Source: Desulfurobacteriaceae bacterium (lineage in GTDB: Bacteria > Aquificota > Aquificia > Desulfurobacteriales > Desulfurobacteriaceae). From it: a stretch of DNA of 64,000 bases. Positions 9,593 to 19,361 of this stretch are shown here, in pieces. The DNA is taken from positions 4,522-68,521 of the forward strand of contig JALTBO010000083.1 of NCBI GenBank assembly GCA_027075275.1, in the 5' to 3' direction. The translations under genes were made by a program, and so were the position numbers. The notes below the pieces were generated by a model, which searched no databases, was not told the origin of the DNA, and was given only the letters and a program-made list of their open reading frames with translations. How positions within the stretch are numbered: position 1 is the first letter of the stretch; every line of letters begins with the position of its first letter.

Positions 9593-11020
9593 TTGAAACT
9601 CTCCTCTTTAGTTTCTCCTTTCGGATTTAAAACCGAGAGAGACCTTGAAATTAGAGGGATAACCGAGGATTCCCGAAAAGTGGAACCCGGTTATCTCTTT
9701 TTCGCTTTTAAAGGGACCTCTACAGATGGAAATTTGTACGTTGAAGATGCAATTAAAAGAGGAGCTGTAGCACTTTTCACAGATTCCAGAGAGACCTTCT
9801 TTCGCTACAGGAGGAAAGTTCAGGTTTTCTTTACGGAAACTCCCAGGAAGCACCTTTCCCTCATTTCTGCACGTTTTTTTGGAAATCCTGAGAGGGAGCT
9901 CTCCCTTATCGGCATAACAGGAACCAACGGAAAAACCACAACAGCTTACCTGATTTTCTCAGCCCTGAACCGTCTGGGAGAGTCTGCAGGGTTGATAGGA
10001 ACTGTTGAATGGGGAACCCACCAATGCCGATTCCCTTCGGAGAGAACCACTCCATCTCCCACACAGTTTTTTAAGCAACTCTCCTACCTGAGAAGTAAAG
10101 GTGTTAACTGGGTTGTTTGCGAGGTCTCCTCTCACGGCCTTGAGCTTGACAGAGTTTACGGTGTAAAGTTTAAGGGTGGAATCTTTACAAACCTTACTCC
10201 AGAACACCTTGATTTTCACAGGGATATGTTCAACTACTTTGCTGCAAAAGAGAAACTCTTTTTCTCGTCTGAAGTTTCGCTCTTTAATACTGATGATCCC
10301 TGGGGAGAGCTTCTATTTTCGCTGAGGCCTCTTTTTAAAACAGTTTCATCTTACGGTACTAAAGGGGAATTCAGAATAGAGTCTTTCAGTTCTAACGGTT
10401 TTGTTCCCGTTTCCTACAGAGGAGAAGTTTATAACGTTGAAACTTCCCTTAAGGGTTTTTTTAACTGCTACAACGTTGCTGCTGCTTTCTCTCTGCTGGT
10501 TCTTTTAGGGTTTTCTCCCGATAAGTTGAAGGACGTTTTTAGAGGAGTGAGGATTCCCGGCAGGCTTGAGGAGGTTTCACCGAGGGTTTTCGTTGATTAC
10601 GCTCACACTCCCGATGCGCTTGAGAAGGTTTTAAAAGCTTTAAGGCCCTTGACAAAGGGAAGGCTCATAACCGTTTTCGGCTGCGGAGGAGACAGGGACA
10701 GAGAAAAGAGAGCTCCCATGGGAAGAATCGCTTCTCTCCTTTCAGATCTTGTTGTCCTTACCAGCGATAACCCAAGAAGTGAGGAACCGGAAGCGATAAT
10801 CTCAGACATTTTAGAAGGAATTGAAGATAGAGAGAAAGTAACGGTTATTCCCGATAGGCGTTCTGCTATTGAGTGGGCACTCAGAGAGAAGAAGGAAGAC
10901 GATGTTGTTCTGATTGCAGGTAAAGGACACGAGAACTATCAGCAGTTCAGGGACTACTCAGTTCACTTCAGCGATAGGGAGGTAGTTGAGGAGTTCTATG
11001 GATGCAAGAAAACTGTCTGA
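9593..11020 (+). CDS. murE: UDP-MurNAc-Ala-Glu--diaminopimelate ligase
   Basis: GITGTNGKTT, EVSSH, DYAHTPD, FGCGGDRD, DNPR (DAP-type), AGKGHE. Confidence 0.96.
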   Translation: MKLSSLVSPFGFKTERDLEIRGITEDSRKVEPGYLFFAFKGTSTDGNLYVEDAIKRGAVALFTDSRETFFRYRRKVQVFFTETPRKHLSLISARFFGNPERELSLIGITGTNGKTTTAYLIFSALNRLGESAGLIGTVEWGTHQCRFPSERTTPSPTQFFKQLSYLRSKGVNWVVCEVSSHGLELDRVYGVKFKGGIFTNLTPEHLDFHRDMFNYFAAKEKLFFSSEVSLFNTDDPWGELLFSLRPLFKTVSSYGTKGEFRIESFSSNGFVPVSYRGEVYNVETSLKGFFNCYNVAAAFSLLVLLGFSPDKLKDVFRGVRIPGRLEEVSPRVFVDYAHTPDALEKVLKALRPLTKGRLITVFGCGGDRDREKRAPMGRIASLLSDLVVLTSDNPRSEEPEAIISDILEGIEDREKVTVIPDRRSAIEWALREKKEDDVVLIAGKGHENYQQFRDYSVHFSDREVVEEFYGCKKTV

Positions 11021-12302
11021 GATCGTTGGGGGGGAGCTCTTAGGAGAGAACCTGCCCTTTTCAGGTTTTCACTTTGATTCAAGGGAGATAAAACCGGGAG
11101 AAGTCTTTGTGCCTATCTCGGGGAAAAGGGATGGCCATCAGTTTGTAGAGGGAGCTCTCTCCAAAGGAGCTTCCGGTTTTCTCACTTCCAGAGAGATAGA
11201 ACCTCCCGAAGGTAAGTTTGCCGTTAAGGTTTCTGATACTTTTGAAGCCTTTAAAACCTTTGCCCTTTACAGGCGGTCAGAGTTTAGTGGAACTGTTGTT
11301 GGTATAACGGGCAGCGTTGGGAAGACAACAACGAAGGAGTTTCTTGCCCACCTCTTTTCTTCCTGTTCTTCCGTTTATTCCAACATAAAAAGCTACAACA
11401 ACATATTAGGACTTACCTACACCCTTTCAAACCTGAAAGACGTTCAGTTTTACGTTCAAGAACTTGGGACAAACGCACCAGGAGAGATAGGTGAGCTTTC
11501 CCTTCTTCTTAAACCAGACGTGGGAGTTATTACTGCAGTAGAAAGAGCCCACCTTCAGGGGTTTAAAACCTTTGAAAACCTTATAAAGGAGAAGTTCACA
11601 CTTACCAAATTTACAGGTATCTCCGTAGTTCCTGCCCACCTCTCTTCCTATTCAGAGTCTTCAGAAACAGTAACTTTTGGAGATGGTGGAGATGTTACCG
11701 TCACATACCTTGAAAGAACACCGGAAGGAACCCGGTTTGAACTGAGCGTTTTTAGAGAAAAGCTGGAGCTCTTTACTCCCGTTCCCGGTCTTTCTGTTGT
11801 AAACGCCTCTTTAATAGGGGGAGCTCTCCTTAAAGTTTTAGGATATCCTCTCTCTTTTCTCAAAGCTGTTGAAACCTTCCGCCCTCCCCGGATGAGAATG
11901 GAAATTTACCGCCTGCCTAAAGGTGTTCTGATAGACGACTCCTACAATGCAAATCCTGCCTCTTTTAGAAATGCTTTAAGCGTTCTCTCACTTTTTAACC
12001 TTCCAAAGGTCGTTATAGCCGGTGAGATGCTGGAACTGGGCCGCTTTTCTGCAGAAGAACACCGTTTACTGGGTGAGGAGATGGTAAAACACGGCGTTAA
12101 CGAGCTTATAGCTTTTGGAAAAGAGACGGCCGAAACGGTAAAGGTTTTTAAAGGAAAGGCTTACCACTTTACAGACAGAAAAGAGTTCCTTAACTTTCTA
12201 CTTGAATACTCCTTCTCTGGAAAGGCAGTTCTGGTAAAAGGTTCAAGGGGAAACAGGTTAGAAGAAGCGGTTAAAATAGTAAAGCAGAGGTTGGGAAAGT
12301 GA
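10998..12302 (+). CDS. murF: UDP-MurNAc-tripeptide--D-Ala-D-Ala ligase
   Basis: GITGSVGKTTTKE, DDSYNANP, GEMLELG, LVKGSRG; ATG at 10998 after GAGGAG. Confidence 0.95.
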   Translation: MDARKLSEIVGGELLGENLPFSGFHFDSREIKPGEVFVPISGKRDGHQFVEGALSKGASGFLTSREIEPPEGKFAVKVSDTFEAFKTFALYRRSEFSGTVVGITGSVGKTTTKEFLAHLFSSCSSVYSNIKSYNNILGLTYTLSNLKDVQFYVQELGTNAPGEIGELSLLLKPDVGVITAVERAHLQGFKTFENLIKEKFTLTKFTGISVVPAHLSSYSESSETVTFGDGGDVTVTYLERTPEGTRFELSVFREKLELFTPVPGLSVVNASLIGGALLKVLGYPLSFLKAVETFRPPRMRMEIYRLPKGVLIDDSYNANPASFRNALSVLSLFNLPKVVIAGEMLELGRFSAEEHRLLGEEMVKHGVNELIAFGKETAETVKVFKGKAYHFTDRKEFLNFLLEYSFSGKAVLVKGSRGNRLEEAVKIVKQRLGK

Positions 12303-13192
12303 AAGTTGCCGTTGTTTTTGGCGGTCCTTCTCCAGAATCAGAAATATCAAAAAAAAGTGCAGAGAGCGTCATATCTGCCCTTAAAAAGTTAGGACATCAG
12401 GTTTTTCCGGTAGAGCTCTCCGAAAAGCTACCGTTAGAGCTTTCCATCATTAAGCCTGACAAAGTATTCCTCGTTCTTCACGGTTCACCGGGAGAAGATG
12501 GAACGGTTCAGGGACTCCTTGAAATTATGGGAATTCCCTATACAGGTTGTGGAGTTGCTGCCAGCGCTATTTCCATAGATAAAGACCTGACAAAGAGGGT
12601 TTTAAAGAGTCACGGTATTCCCGTTCCGGCAGGCATAACCATTTATAGGGGAGAAACTGTAGAGTCTGACGAGCTTGAGTTCCCGTGTATTGTAAAACCC
12701 GCACGGGCCGGTTCAAGCGTTGGGGTTAGTCTGGTGAGATCCGAAAGCGACTTTGAAGAAGCTCTTAAAAAAGCTTTTCTTTACGATTCCAAAGTTCTGA
12801 TAGAGGAATACCTTGACGGTAAGGAGCTCACTGTAGGAGTTGTTAACGGTAGGGCACTTCCGCCTGTTGAGATACTTCCCAAAAGGGAGTTTTACGACTA
12901 TACAGCAAAGTACGAAGATACCAATACACAGTACCTTGTTCCTGCTCCAATTAATTCAAAACTTAAAAGCAGGTTAAAGTCAATTGCGGAAAAAGTTTAT
13001 AAGGTTCTTGAGTGTAGGGGAGCTATAAGAGTGGATTTCAAATTAAACCGTTACGGTTCCCCCTACGTTTTAGAGATAAATACGATTCCCGGATTGACAG
13101 AGAGAAGTTTGTTACCCAAAGCTGCAGCCTACAGCGGTATTTCCTTTGAAGAACTGATTGAGGAGATGTTAGGCAAACGGGGAGAGGGGTGA
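12299..13192 (+). CDS. ddl: D-alanine--D-alanine ligase
   Basis: GGPSPE, LHGSPGEDG, GSSVG, YDYTAKY, LEINTIPG. Confidence 0.97.
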   Translation: MKVAVVFGGPSPESEISKKSAESVISALKKLGHQVFPVELSEKLPLELSIIKPDKVFLVLHGSPGEDGTVQGLLEIMGIPYTGCGVAASAISIDKDLTKRVLKSHGIPVPAGITIYRGETVESDELEFPCIVKPARAGSSVGVSLVRSESDFEEALKKAFLYDSKVLIEEYLDGKELTVGVVNGRALPPVEILPKREFYDYTAKYEDTNTQYLVPAPINSKLKSRLKSIAEKVYKVLECRGAIRVDFKLNRYGSPYVLEINTIPGLTERSLLPKAAAYSGISFEELIEEMLGKRGEG

Positions 13193-13923
13193 GACTGAGG
13201 TGGGTTCTTTTATCTGCATTTTCCATTCTCGTAGCGGTTTTCGCCTACGGTGTGTTTACCGCTCCTTCAAAGCTAACTCAGGTTGAGTTCGTTGTTGTTG
13301 AAAAGAGCGGTCCCTGGAAGGCAGATATCAGTCAGTATGTTCTCTCTTATGTGCACGTAGGCCAGGACTTAACCCCTGAATTTCTTTCAAATCTAAAAGA
13401 GGAGATAGAGGCTCTTCCCTGGGTTAAAAAGTGTAAGCTTGAAGTAAACGGTGGGAAACTCACCGTTGAGATATGGGAGACACGTCCAAAGTTTGTTTTG
13501 ATTTCAGACAGAGAAACATTTTTAATAGGAGAGAATGGATTTGTTCTGAAAAAGGGAGTGGGAAGAAAAGAAGCGTATCCAGTTTTTTTCTATAGAGGGA
13601 AAACTTCTCCATTTACTGTGGTAAATGGGTTCTTAATGCTAAAAAAATCTGTTAAAATGGAATTAAAGCTGTTAAACTCAAAAATCAGTGAGATAGAGTT
13701 GGAAGGGAAAAAGCCGGAGATATCCCTGCTTGACAGTGGAGTTCAGCTGGCCTTCAAGTCTCCTCCAGTTCTTATCTACCTTGGAATAGGAGGAGATGCT
13801 TGGGACCGGTTCAGTGAAATATCAAAGAAAGGTTTCCTCAAACCGGGGGTATACGATTTCAGGTTTGAACAAATGATGGTAATAAAGGGGAGGCAAGAAA
13901 AATGCTCGGGCAAAAATTCCTGA
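13189..13923 (+). CDS. ftsQ: Cell division protein FtsQ/DivIB-like (divergent)
   Basis: N-terminal TM, POTRA-like 'IEALPWVK', position between ddl and ftsA. Confidence 0.75.
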   Translation: MRLRWVLLSAFSILVAVFAYGVFTAPSKLTQVEFVVVEKSGPWKADISQYVLSYVHVGQDLTPEFLSNLKEEIEALPWVKKCKLEVNGGKLTVEIWETRPKFVLISDRETFLIGENGFVLKKGVGRKEAYPVFFYRGKTSPFTVVNGFLMLKKSVKMELKLLNSKISEIELEGKKPEISLLDSGVQLAFKSPPVLIYLGIGGDAWDRFSEISKKGFLKPGVYDFRFEQMMVIKGRQEKCSGKNS

Positions 13924-15146
13924 CTTTGGATCTAGGAACAAGCTCTATTAGAGCTGCACTCTCTGTTCAGAAGGGGGATAGGTTTCATTTTACTATAAAA
14001 ACTGCCCCTTCAAGGGGGATAAGGAACGGAAACATTATAAATTTAGCCTCTGCTAAAGAATCTCTTAATTCTGCTCTTAACAACCTAAAGCTTGAATCTT
14101 CTGTTGCTCTACCCAACGAAGCTTACGTTTTAATCCCTGGAGGTTGTACATTAGGTTATCAGGTAGAGGCTTCCATAGAGTTCCCTGGAATTAAAACTAT
14201 TTCTCATAATGACGTTAACGTTGTTAAAAACAAAGCTAAAGATGAGCTTTTAAGGATAAAAGGTCAAACTGTTAAGAGCTACTATGAGGTTATACACGTT
14301 GTTCCTCAGGAGTTTATTGTTGACACTGTAGATGGGATACAGAACCCTATAGGTAGAAGTGGAAAAAGGCTTACAATGAGAGCTTTTATCGTTCTTGCCT
14401 CCCGATCTCACGTGAAGACTATTGCAGACCTGCTGAAAGAGCTCAACCTTAAACTGAAGGGAGTTGTTCTGCAGTCTTTAGCCTCCTCTTTCGGTATAAG
14501 GCAGCCAAATTCTTACTTTAACAACAATTTACTTCTCTATATGGGAGCAGGTAATACTGAGTTTATTTACTTTAGAGAGGATAAGCCTGTTCTATCACGG
14601 CATCTGCCTTTCGGTAGTGAAGACATACTTGAGTTCCTTATCAAAAAGTTAAAGGTAAGTAGAACTGAGGCTGAAAGGCTCTACAACGAATACGGTAGCG
14701 CATACGCTTTTAACGTTAATAAAGAGGAGGTTGTTCACGTAAACTACGGCAGTAGAACCATAAAAATTCCAAAAATTTTAGTATCTGCTCTAATTCATCA
14801 AAAACTGAAGGAAACTTTCAAGGATATTAAGTCTATTCTGTCTGAAGAGGATAGAGATTATCTTGAAAACCTTAGCGGTATATATCTGACCGGTGGACTT
14901 TCTAAACTTAGAGATATTACTGTTCTTGCAGAGAAAATATTTAAGGCGCCTGTAGTTATTCCTTCTCTTTCACATCCTGAGATTACTGATGTAGCGCTTT
15001 CTCCGATAGTAGGTGTTACGGACTACATTGTTTCCCTTTCAGATAGGAAGAAGCTGTCGGATATAAGGGAAGACCTTACAAAATCTTATGAAAAATCGGG
15101 AGGTTTTTTCGCTTCTCTATGGCGTTTTATAACAGATATTATTTAG
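13902..15146 (+). CDS. ftsA: Cell division protein FtsA
   Basis: [34 protein letters not shown]-terminal amphipathic helix. Confidence 0.92.
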   Translation: MLGQKFLTLDLGTSSIRAALSVQKGDRFHFTIKTAPSRGIRNGNIINLASAKESLNSALNNLKLESSVALPNEAYVLIPGGCTLGYQVEASIEFPGIKTISHNDVNVVKNKAKDELLRIKGQTVKSYYEVIHVVPQEFIVDTVDGIQNPIGRSGKRLTMRAFIVLASRSHVKTIADLLKELNLKLKGVVLQSLASSFGIRQPNSYFNNNLLLYMGAGNTEFIYFREDKPVLSRHLPFGSEDILEFLIKKLKVSRTEAERLYNEYGSAYAFNVNKEEVVHVNYGSRTIKIPKILVSALIHQKLKETFKDIKSILSEEDRDYLENLSGIYLTGGLSKLRDITVLAEKIFKAPVVIPSLSHPEITDVALSPIVGVTDYIVSLSDRKKLSDIREDLTKSYEKSGGFFASLWRFITDII

Positions 15147-15156
15147 GAGGTTTAAC

Positions 15157-16251
15157 GTGTTTGATATAGCTGATGATCTGTTTCAGGGTCCGGTCATAAA
15201 AGTTATAGGAGTTGGTGGAGGCGGGGGAAACGCCGTTTCAAGAATGTACGAGATGGGAATTGAGGGAATAGACTTTGTAGCTGTAAATACCGATGCCCAG
15301 GTGCTTTCTAAACTTCCTATCCCTATAAAGGTTCAGATAGGGGAAAAGCTGACCAAAGGCCTTGGAGCCGGCGGAAAACCTGAGATTGGAGAGCAGGCAG
15401 CCCTTGAAGATGAGCCCAAGATAAGGGAGGTGTTAGAAGGCGCAGATATGGTTTTTATAACCGCAGGAATGGGAGGAGGAACGGGAACGGGAGCAGCTCC
15501 GATAGTTGCCAAGATAGCTAAGGACATGGGTATACTGACCGTAGGGGTTGTAACGAGGCCTTTTGACTTTGAGGGAAGGCGCCGTCAGGAGTATGCAGAG
15601 GCAGGGATCAGAAGGCTAAAAGAGTTTGTTGATACCCTTATGGTTATTCCTAACCAGAAACTTCTTACAATTGCTCCAAAAGATATGAACATACTAAATG
15701 CTTTTAAGTTGGCCGATAACGTTCTCTATCAGGCAGTTAAGGGAATAACTGAAGTGATAACAAAACCCGGGCTCATAAACCTTGACTTTGCCGACGTTAA
15801 AACCGTTATGCACAGCGGTGGTTATGCCCTTATCGGGATAGGAGAGGCAAGTGGGGAGGACAGAGCTCTCACGGCAGCGCGAAAGGCTATAGACAATCCG
15901 CTCCTTGAGAATGTTCAGGTGGAAGGTGCCAGCAGGATACTTGTCAACATCAGCGGAGGTTCAGACCTGACCCTTGATGAGGCCTACGCTGCAGCCGGAT
16001 TGATAAAGGAGAGGGCGAAGAGAGACGATACAAACTTCTTCTTCGGAGTTACGGTAGATAACGAACTTGAAGGTTCTATTCAGGTAACTGTTATAGCAAC
16101 AGGGTTTGATGAGAAGGGGAGACCCATTGTTTCCGGCTTCTCTGAAATAGCGAGGAGCTCCAAGGCCAGCACTCCGTTTCAGACACAAGAAAGCGTTGAA
16201 ATGCTTGACATAGATGTGTCTGAACTCCTCAAAGAACTTAAAGAAGAGTAG
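15157..16251 (+). CDS. ftsZ: Cell division protein FtsZ
   Basis: [22 protein letters not shown]. Confidence 0.99.
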   Translation: MFDIADDLFQGPVIKVIGVGGGGGNAVSRMYEMGIEGIDFVAVNTDAQVLSKLPIPIKVQIGEKLTKGLGAGGKPEIGEQAALEDEPKIREVLEGADMVFITAGMGGGTGTGAAPIVAKIAKDMGILTVGVVTRPFDFEGRRRQEYAEAGIRRLKEFVDTLMVIPNQKLLTIAPKDMNILNAFKLADNVLYQAVKGITEVITKPGLINLDFADVKTVMHSGGYALIGIGEASGEDRALTAARKAIDNPLLENVQVEGASRILVNISGGSDLTLDEAYAAAGLIKERAKRDDTNFFFGVTVDNELEGSIQVTVIATGFDEKGRPIVSGFSEIARSSKASTPFQTQESVEMLDIDVSELLKELKEE

Positions 16252-16269
16252 TTTATATAAATAAGGCTG

Positions 16270-16300
16270 GGGGAGCTCCCGCAGCTCCCCGCTCTTTTCT
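16270..16300 (+). terminator. Probable intrinsic terminator after ftsZ
   Basis: GGGGAGCT-cccgc-AGCTCCCC 8-bp stem followed by GCTCTTTTCT. Confidence 0.65.
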
Positions 16301-16341
16301 GTTGAATCTGACTAGTGATTCATAGTTCGGAGGAGGACGGG

Positions 16342-16863
16342 ATGGAGAAGGGACTGCTAAAAGAGATAAAAGAGCTTCTTGCTCTCATTGAATCTTTTAA
16401 GGATGAGCTTTCCAAAGTTTCCTCTAAAAGAGAGGGATTTAAAGCCGTTAATAAACATATAGACACGGCAATCAGCGAAAGCGAGGAAGCGACAAAGAAA
16501 CTGATTGAAGCTATAGGTGATTCAATGGAGAAGCTACGGAAGGCCGTTGGTATAGTTTCAAAGCTTGAGGGGGAAGGTAAAGAGGAGGCCATTTCCATCA
16601 TTCAATCTGTCATTAATACCCTTATGAATGCCCTTACGCTTCTTGAATTCCAGGATATTATGGCTCAACGGCTTTTAAAGGTGAGGGATTTCCTTCTTGA
16701 CCTTGAAAAGAGCATAGTTAGAGTTGCTTTAGTTGCCGGCCTTGAGGAGACAGAAAAGGAGGAGGAGAAAGAGGAGATAAAGAAGAAGCTTGAGGAACTT
16801 GAGTGGAAGAAAGAGGTTTCACAGTCTGAAGTTGACGAAATTATGAAGCAGTTCGGTCTTTAG
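16342..16863 (+). CDS. cheZ: Chemotaxis phosphatase CheZ-like
   Basis: 'LEFQDIMAQR' (DxxxQ) and C-terminal 'SQSEVDEIMKQFGL'; directly before cheA; GGAGGAGG RBS. Confidence 0.85.
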   Translation: MEKGLLKEIKELLALIESFKDELSKVSSKREGFKAVNKHIDTAISESEEATKKLIEAIGDSMEKLRKAVGIVSKLEGEGKEEAISIIQSVINTLMNALTLLEFQDIMAQRLLKVRDFLLDLEKSIVRVALVAGLEETEKEEEKEEIKKKLEELEWKKEVSQSEVDEIMKQFGL

Positions 16864-16871
16864 GAGAGAGG

Positions 16872-18857
16872 GTGATGAAGGTAGAGATTCCTGAGGAGCT
16901 CCAGGAGATACTTGAAGAATTTTTAGTAGAAGCAGAGGAGATTTTAGAGAACTTAGACCAGGATCTTGTTGATCTTGAGTCTAACCCTGAAGATAAAGAG
17001 CTCCTTAACAAAATATTCCGTGGAATGCACACTCTTAAAGGGGGAGCCGGTTTCCTCAACCTCACACCGGTTGTGGAGATAGCCCACAGGATTGAGGATA
17101 TTTTCAACAAACTGAGAAACGATGAAATGACCCTTACTCCCGAGATTATGGACGTTATTCTGGAGGGTATTGATAAGCTGAAGGAAGCCCTCCAGATGCT
17201 TAAGGAGAGTCAGGAGCTCCCCGACATGGAGGAGATAGAAGAGCTCCTCTCTCGTTTAGATGCTGTTTTAAAGGGAGAATCTCCTGCCTCTCAGGAAGGT
17301 GAAAAAGAGAAATCCATTTCACCTAAAGAAGAGGGAGAAGTAGAGTTCGTTGAGGGAATATCCGACAAGCTTAAAGAGCTGATACTTAAATATCCCGATA
17401 AAGACCTTGCTGGAATACTTGAGGAAATTATCCTGATGCCTCCCGATAAACGTCCTATGGACGTCATTCCCGAAATAGAGAAGCTTATAGAAGAAGGGAA
17501 AGATGTTAAAGACCTTATAAAGAAAAAAGAACCTGAACCCCAGAAGGAAGAAGAAAGAGAGGAGAAATCTGAAAAAGAGAAAGAACAGAAAACAACTGCC
17601 GTTCCTGCTTCGTCAACTTCTGGTTCAAAGTCTAAAACTGCCTCTAAGAAGGCCGAGAAAAAGAGTTCAGAGACTATAAGAGTTGACGTTGAGAGAGTAG
17701 AGAACCTTATGAACTTAGTCGGAGAGATAGTTCTTGACAGGAACAGAATCCTAAGAGTTACGCAGGACGTTGAAAAAGAGTGCCGAACGGAAGCGGTAGA
17801 GAAGCTGGTAGAGGCTGTAACGAGTCTTGACAGAACGGTAAGTGATCTTCAGGTCGCCGTTATGAAACTGAGAATGCAGCCTATTAAAAAGATATTCAGT
17901 AAGTTCCCCCGCCTTGTAAGAGACCTTGCCAGAAAGCTCAACAAGAAGGTCCAGCTCATTATAGAAGGTGAAGATACAGAGCTTGACAGGTCTATTCTTG
18001 ATAAGCTTGAAGATCCGCTCATTCACCTTGTAAGAAATGCTTTAGACCACGGTATAGAGCCGCCGGAGGAGAGGATTGCCAGGGGTAAGCCGGAGGTTGG
18101 AACAATAAGGCTTTTTGCTTACCACGAAGGAGACCATATAGTTGTTGGTATTCAGGACGACGGAAGGGGAATTGATCCGGAAAAGGTTAAGAGAAAAGCC
18201 ATTGAGAAAGGTCTTATAACCCCGGAACAGGCAGCACAGATGAGTGATAAAGAGGCTTATGAGCTCATCTTCCTCCCCGGCTTCTCAACGGCCGATAAGG
18301 TGAGTGATGTTTCAGGCCGGGGTGTTGGTATGGACGTAGTTGCCAGTACTATCCACTCCCTCAGAGGTTCTATTGAGATAGACAGTGAGCTTGGTAAAGG
18401 AACAACTATCCTTCTGAAACTTCCACTGACTGTTGCGATTATCAGAACCCTTATGCTGGGCTGTAACGGTCAGGTTTACGCTGTTCCCCTCCACTCGGTT
18501 GTTGAAATTGTCAGATATCAGGAAGATCAGGTTAAAGATGTTGGAAGCTTTAGAAGCTTTATGTTGAGAGATGAAGTTTTACCTCTCTTTTCCCTCAACG
18601 AGCTTCTGGAGGTTCCCGACAACAACGAGAAGGCCTTTGTTGTTATTGTTAAGGTAGGAGAGAAGTTAATTGCTGTGTCTATAGAGAAGCTCTTTGGAGA
18701 GGAGGAAATAGTTATTAAATCTTTAGGGGAGCTCCTTTCCGACATTCCGGGAATAGCCGGTGCAACCATTGCCGGAGATGGAAGGGTTGTCCTTATACTG
18801 GATTTGAATTCTCTCCTTTCAGACTACAGAACAAAACTTATCGGGGTTAAAAAATGA
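16872..18857 (+). CDS. cheA: Chemotaxis histidine kinase CheA
   Basis: Hpt 'FRGMHTLKG', 'HLVRNALDHG', 'SGRGVGMD', C-terminal CheW-like domain. Confidence 0.98.
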   Translation: MMKVEIPEELQEILEEFLVEAEEILENLDQDLVDLESNPEDKELLNKIFRGMHTLKGGAGFLNLTPVVEIAHRIEDIFNKLRNDEMTLTPEIMDVILEGIDKLKEALQMLKESQELPDMEEIEELLSRLDAVLKGESPASQEGEKEKSISPKEEGEVEFVEGISDKLKELILKYPDKDLAGILEEIILMPPDKRPMDVIPEIEKLIEEGKDVKDLIKKKEPEPQKEEEREEKSEKEKEQKTTAVPASSTSGSKSKTASKKAEKKSSETIRVDVERVENLMNLVGEIVLDRNRILRVTQDVEKECRTEAVEKLVEAVTSLDRTVSDLQVAVMKLRMQPIKKIFSKFPRLVRDLARKLNKKVQLIIEGEDTELDRSILDKLEDPLIHLVRNALDHGIEPPEERIARGKPEVGTIRLFAYHEGDHIVVGIQDDGRGIDPEKVKRKAIEKGLITPEQAAQMSDKEAYELIFLPGFSTADKVSDVSGRGVGMDVVASTIHSLRGSIEIDSELGKGTTILLKLPLTVAIIRTLMLGCNGQVYAVPLHSVVEIVRYQEDQVKDVGSFRSFMLRDEVLPLFSLNELLEVPDNNEKAFVVIVKVGEKLIAVSIEKLFGEEEIVIKSLGELLSDIPGIAGATIAGDGRVVLILDLNSLLSDYRTKLIGVKK

Positions 18858-19360
18858 GTGAAGAGAATAAAGAGAAGGAGCTCAGCGTTTTAGGTGTTGA
18901 GGAGCTAATAGGTGAAGTTCACGAAAAGGAAATTCAGGTAATAGCTTTCAGGCTCAATGAGGAGCTTGTCGGCGTTCCAATAGAGCAGATAATTGAGATA
19001 ACAAACAACAGGGATTTAACTCCTGTCCCTAAAGCTCCCTCTTTCGTAATAGGTGTTATGAACCTGAGAGGAAAGATCGTTCCCGTTATAAACCTGAAAG
19101 AACACCTGAAAATTCCCTATGAAATACCTGAAGATATTTACCAGAGGAATAAAATAGTCATTCTTGAGACGCCGAAGGGGGAAGTGGGGGTTATCGTTGA
19201 TGAAATAGTGGGTTCTGTAAAGTTTCCAGAGAGCGATATTCTTCCAGAGCCTATAGGAACTGTTGGTATTGACGTGAAGTTTATATCTGGTGTTGTTCAG
19301 CTTGATAGGGAACTCTTAATTTTATTAAATGTTGAATCAATATTTAATCAGGAGGAGTGA
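18854..19360 (+). CDS. cheW: Chemotaxis coupling protein CheW
   Basis: 'TPVPKAP...[13 protein letters not shown]'. Confidence 0.95.
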   Translation: MSEENKEKELSVLGVEELIGEVHEKEIQVIAFRLNEELVGVPIEQIIEITNNRDLTPVPKAPSFVIGVMNLRGKIVPVINLKEHLKIPYEIPEDIYQRNKIVILETPKGEVGVIVDEIVGSVKFPESDILPEPIGTVGIDVKFISGVVQLDRELLILLNVESIFNQEE

Positions 19361-19361
19361 G

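Noticed and set aside
17500-17670. Low-complexity Glu/Lys/Ser-rich stretch in cheA
   Set aside because: Ordinary flexible linker of CheA, not a DNA repeat.
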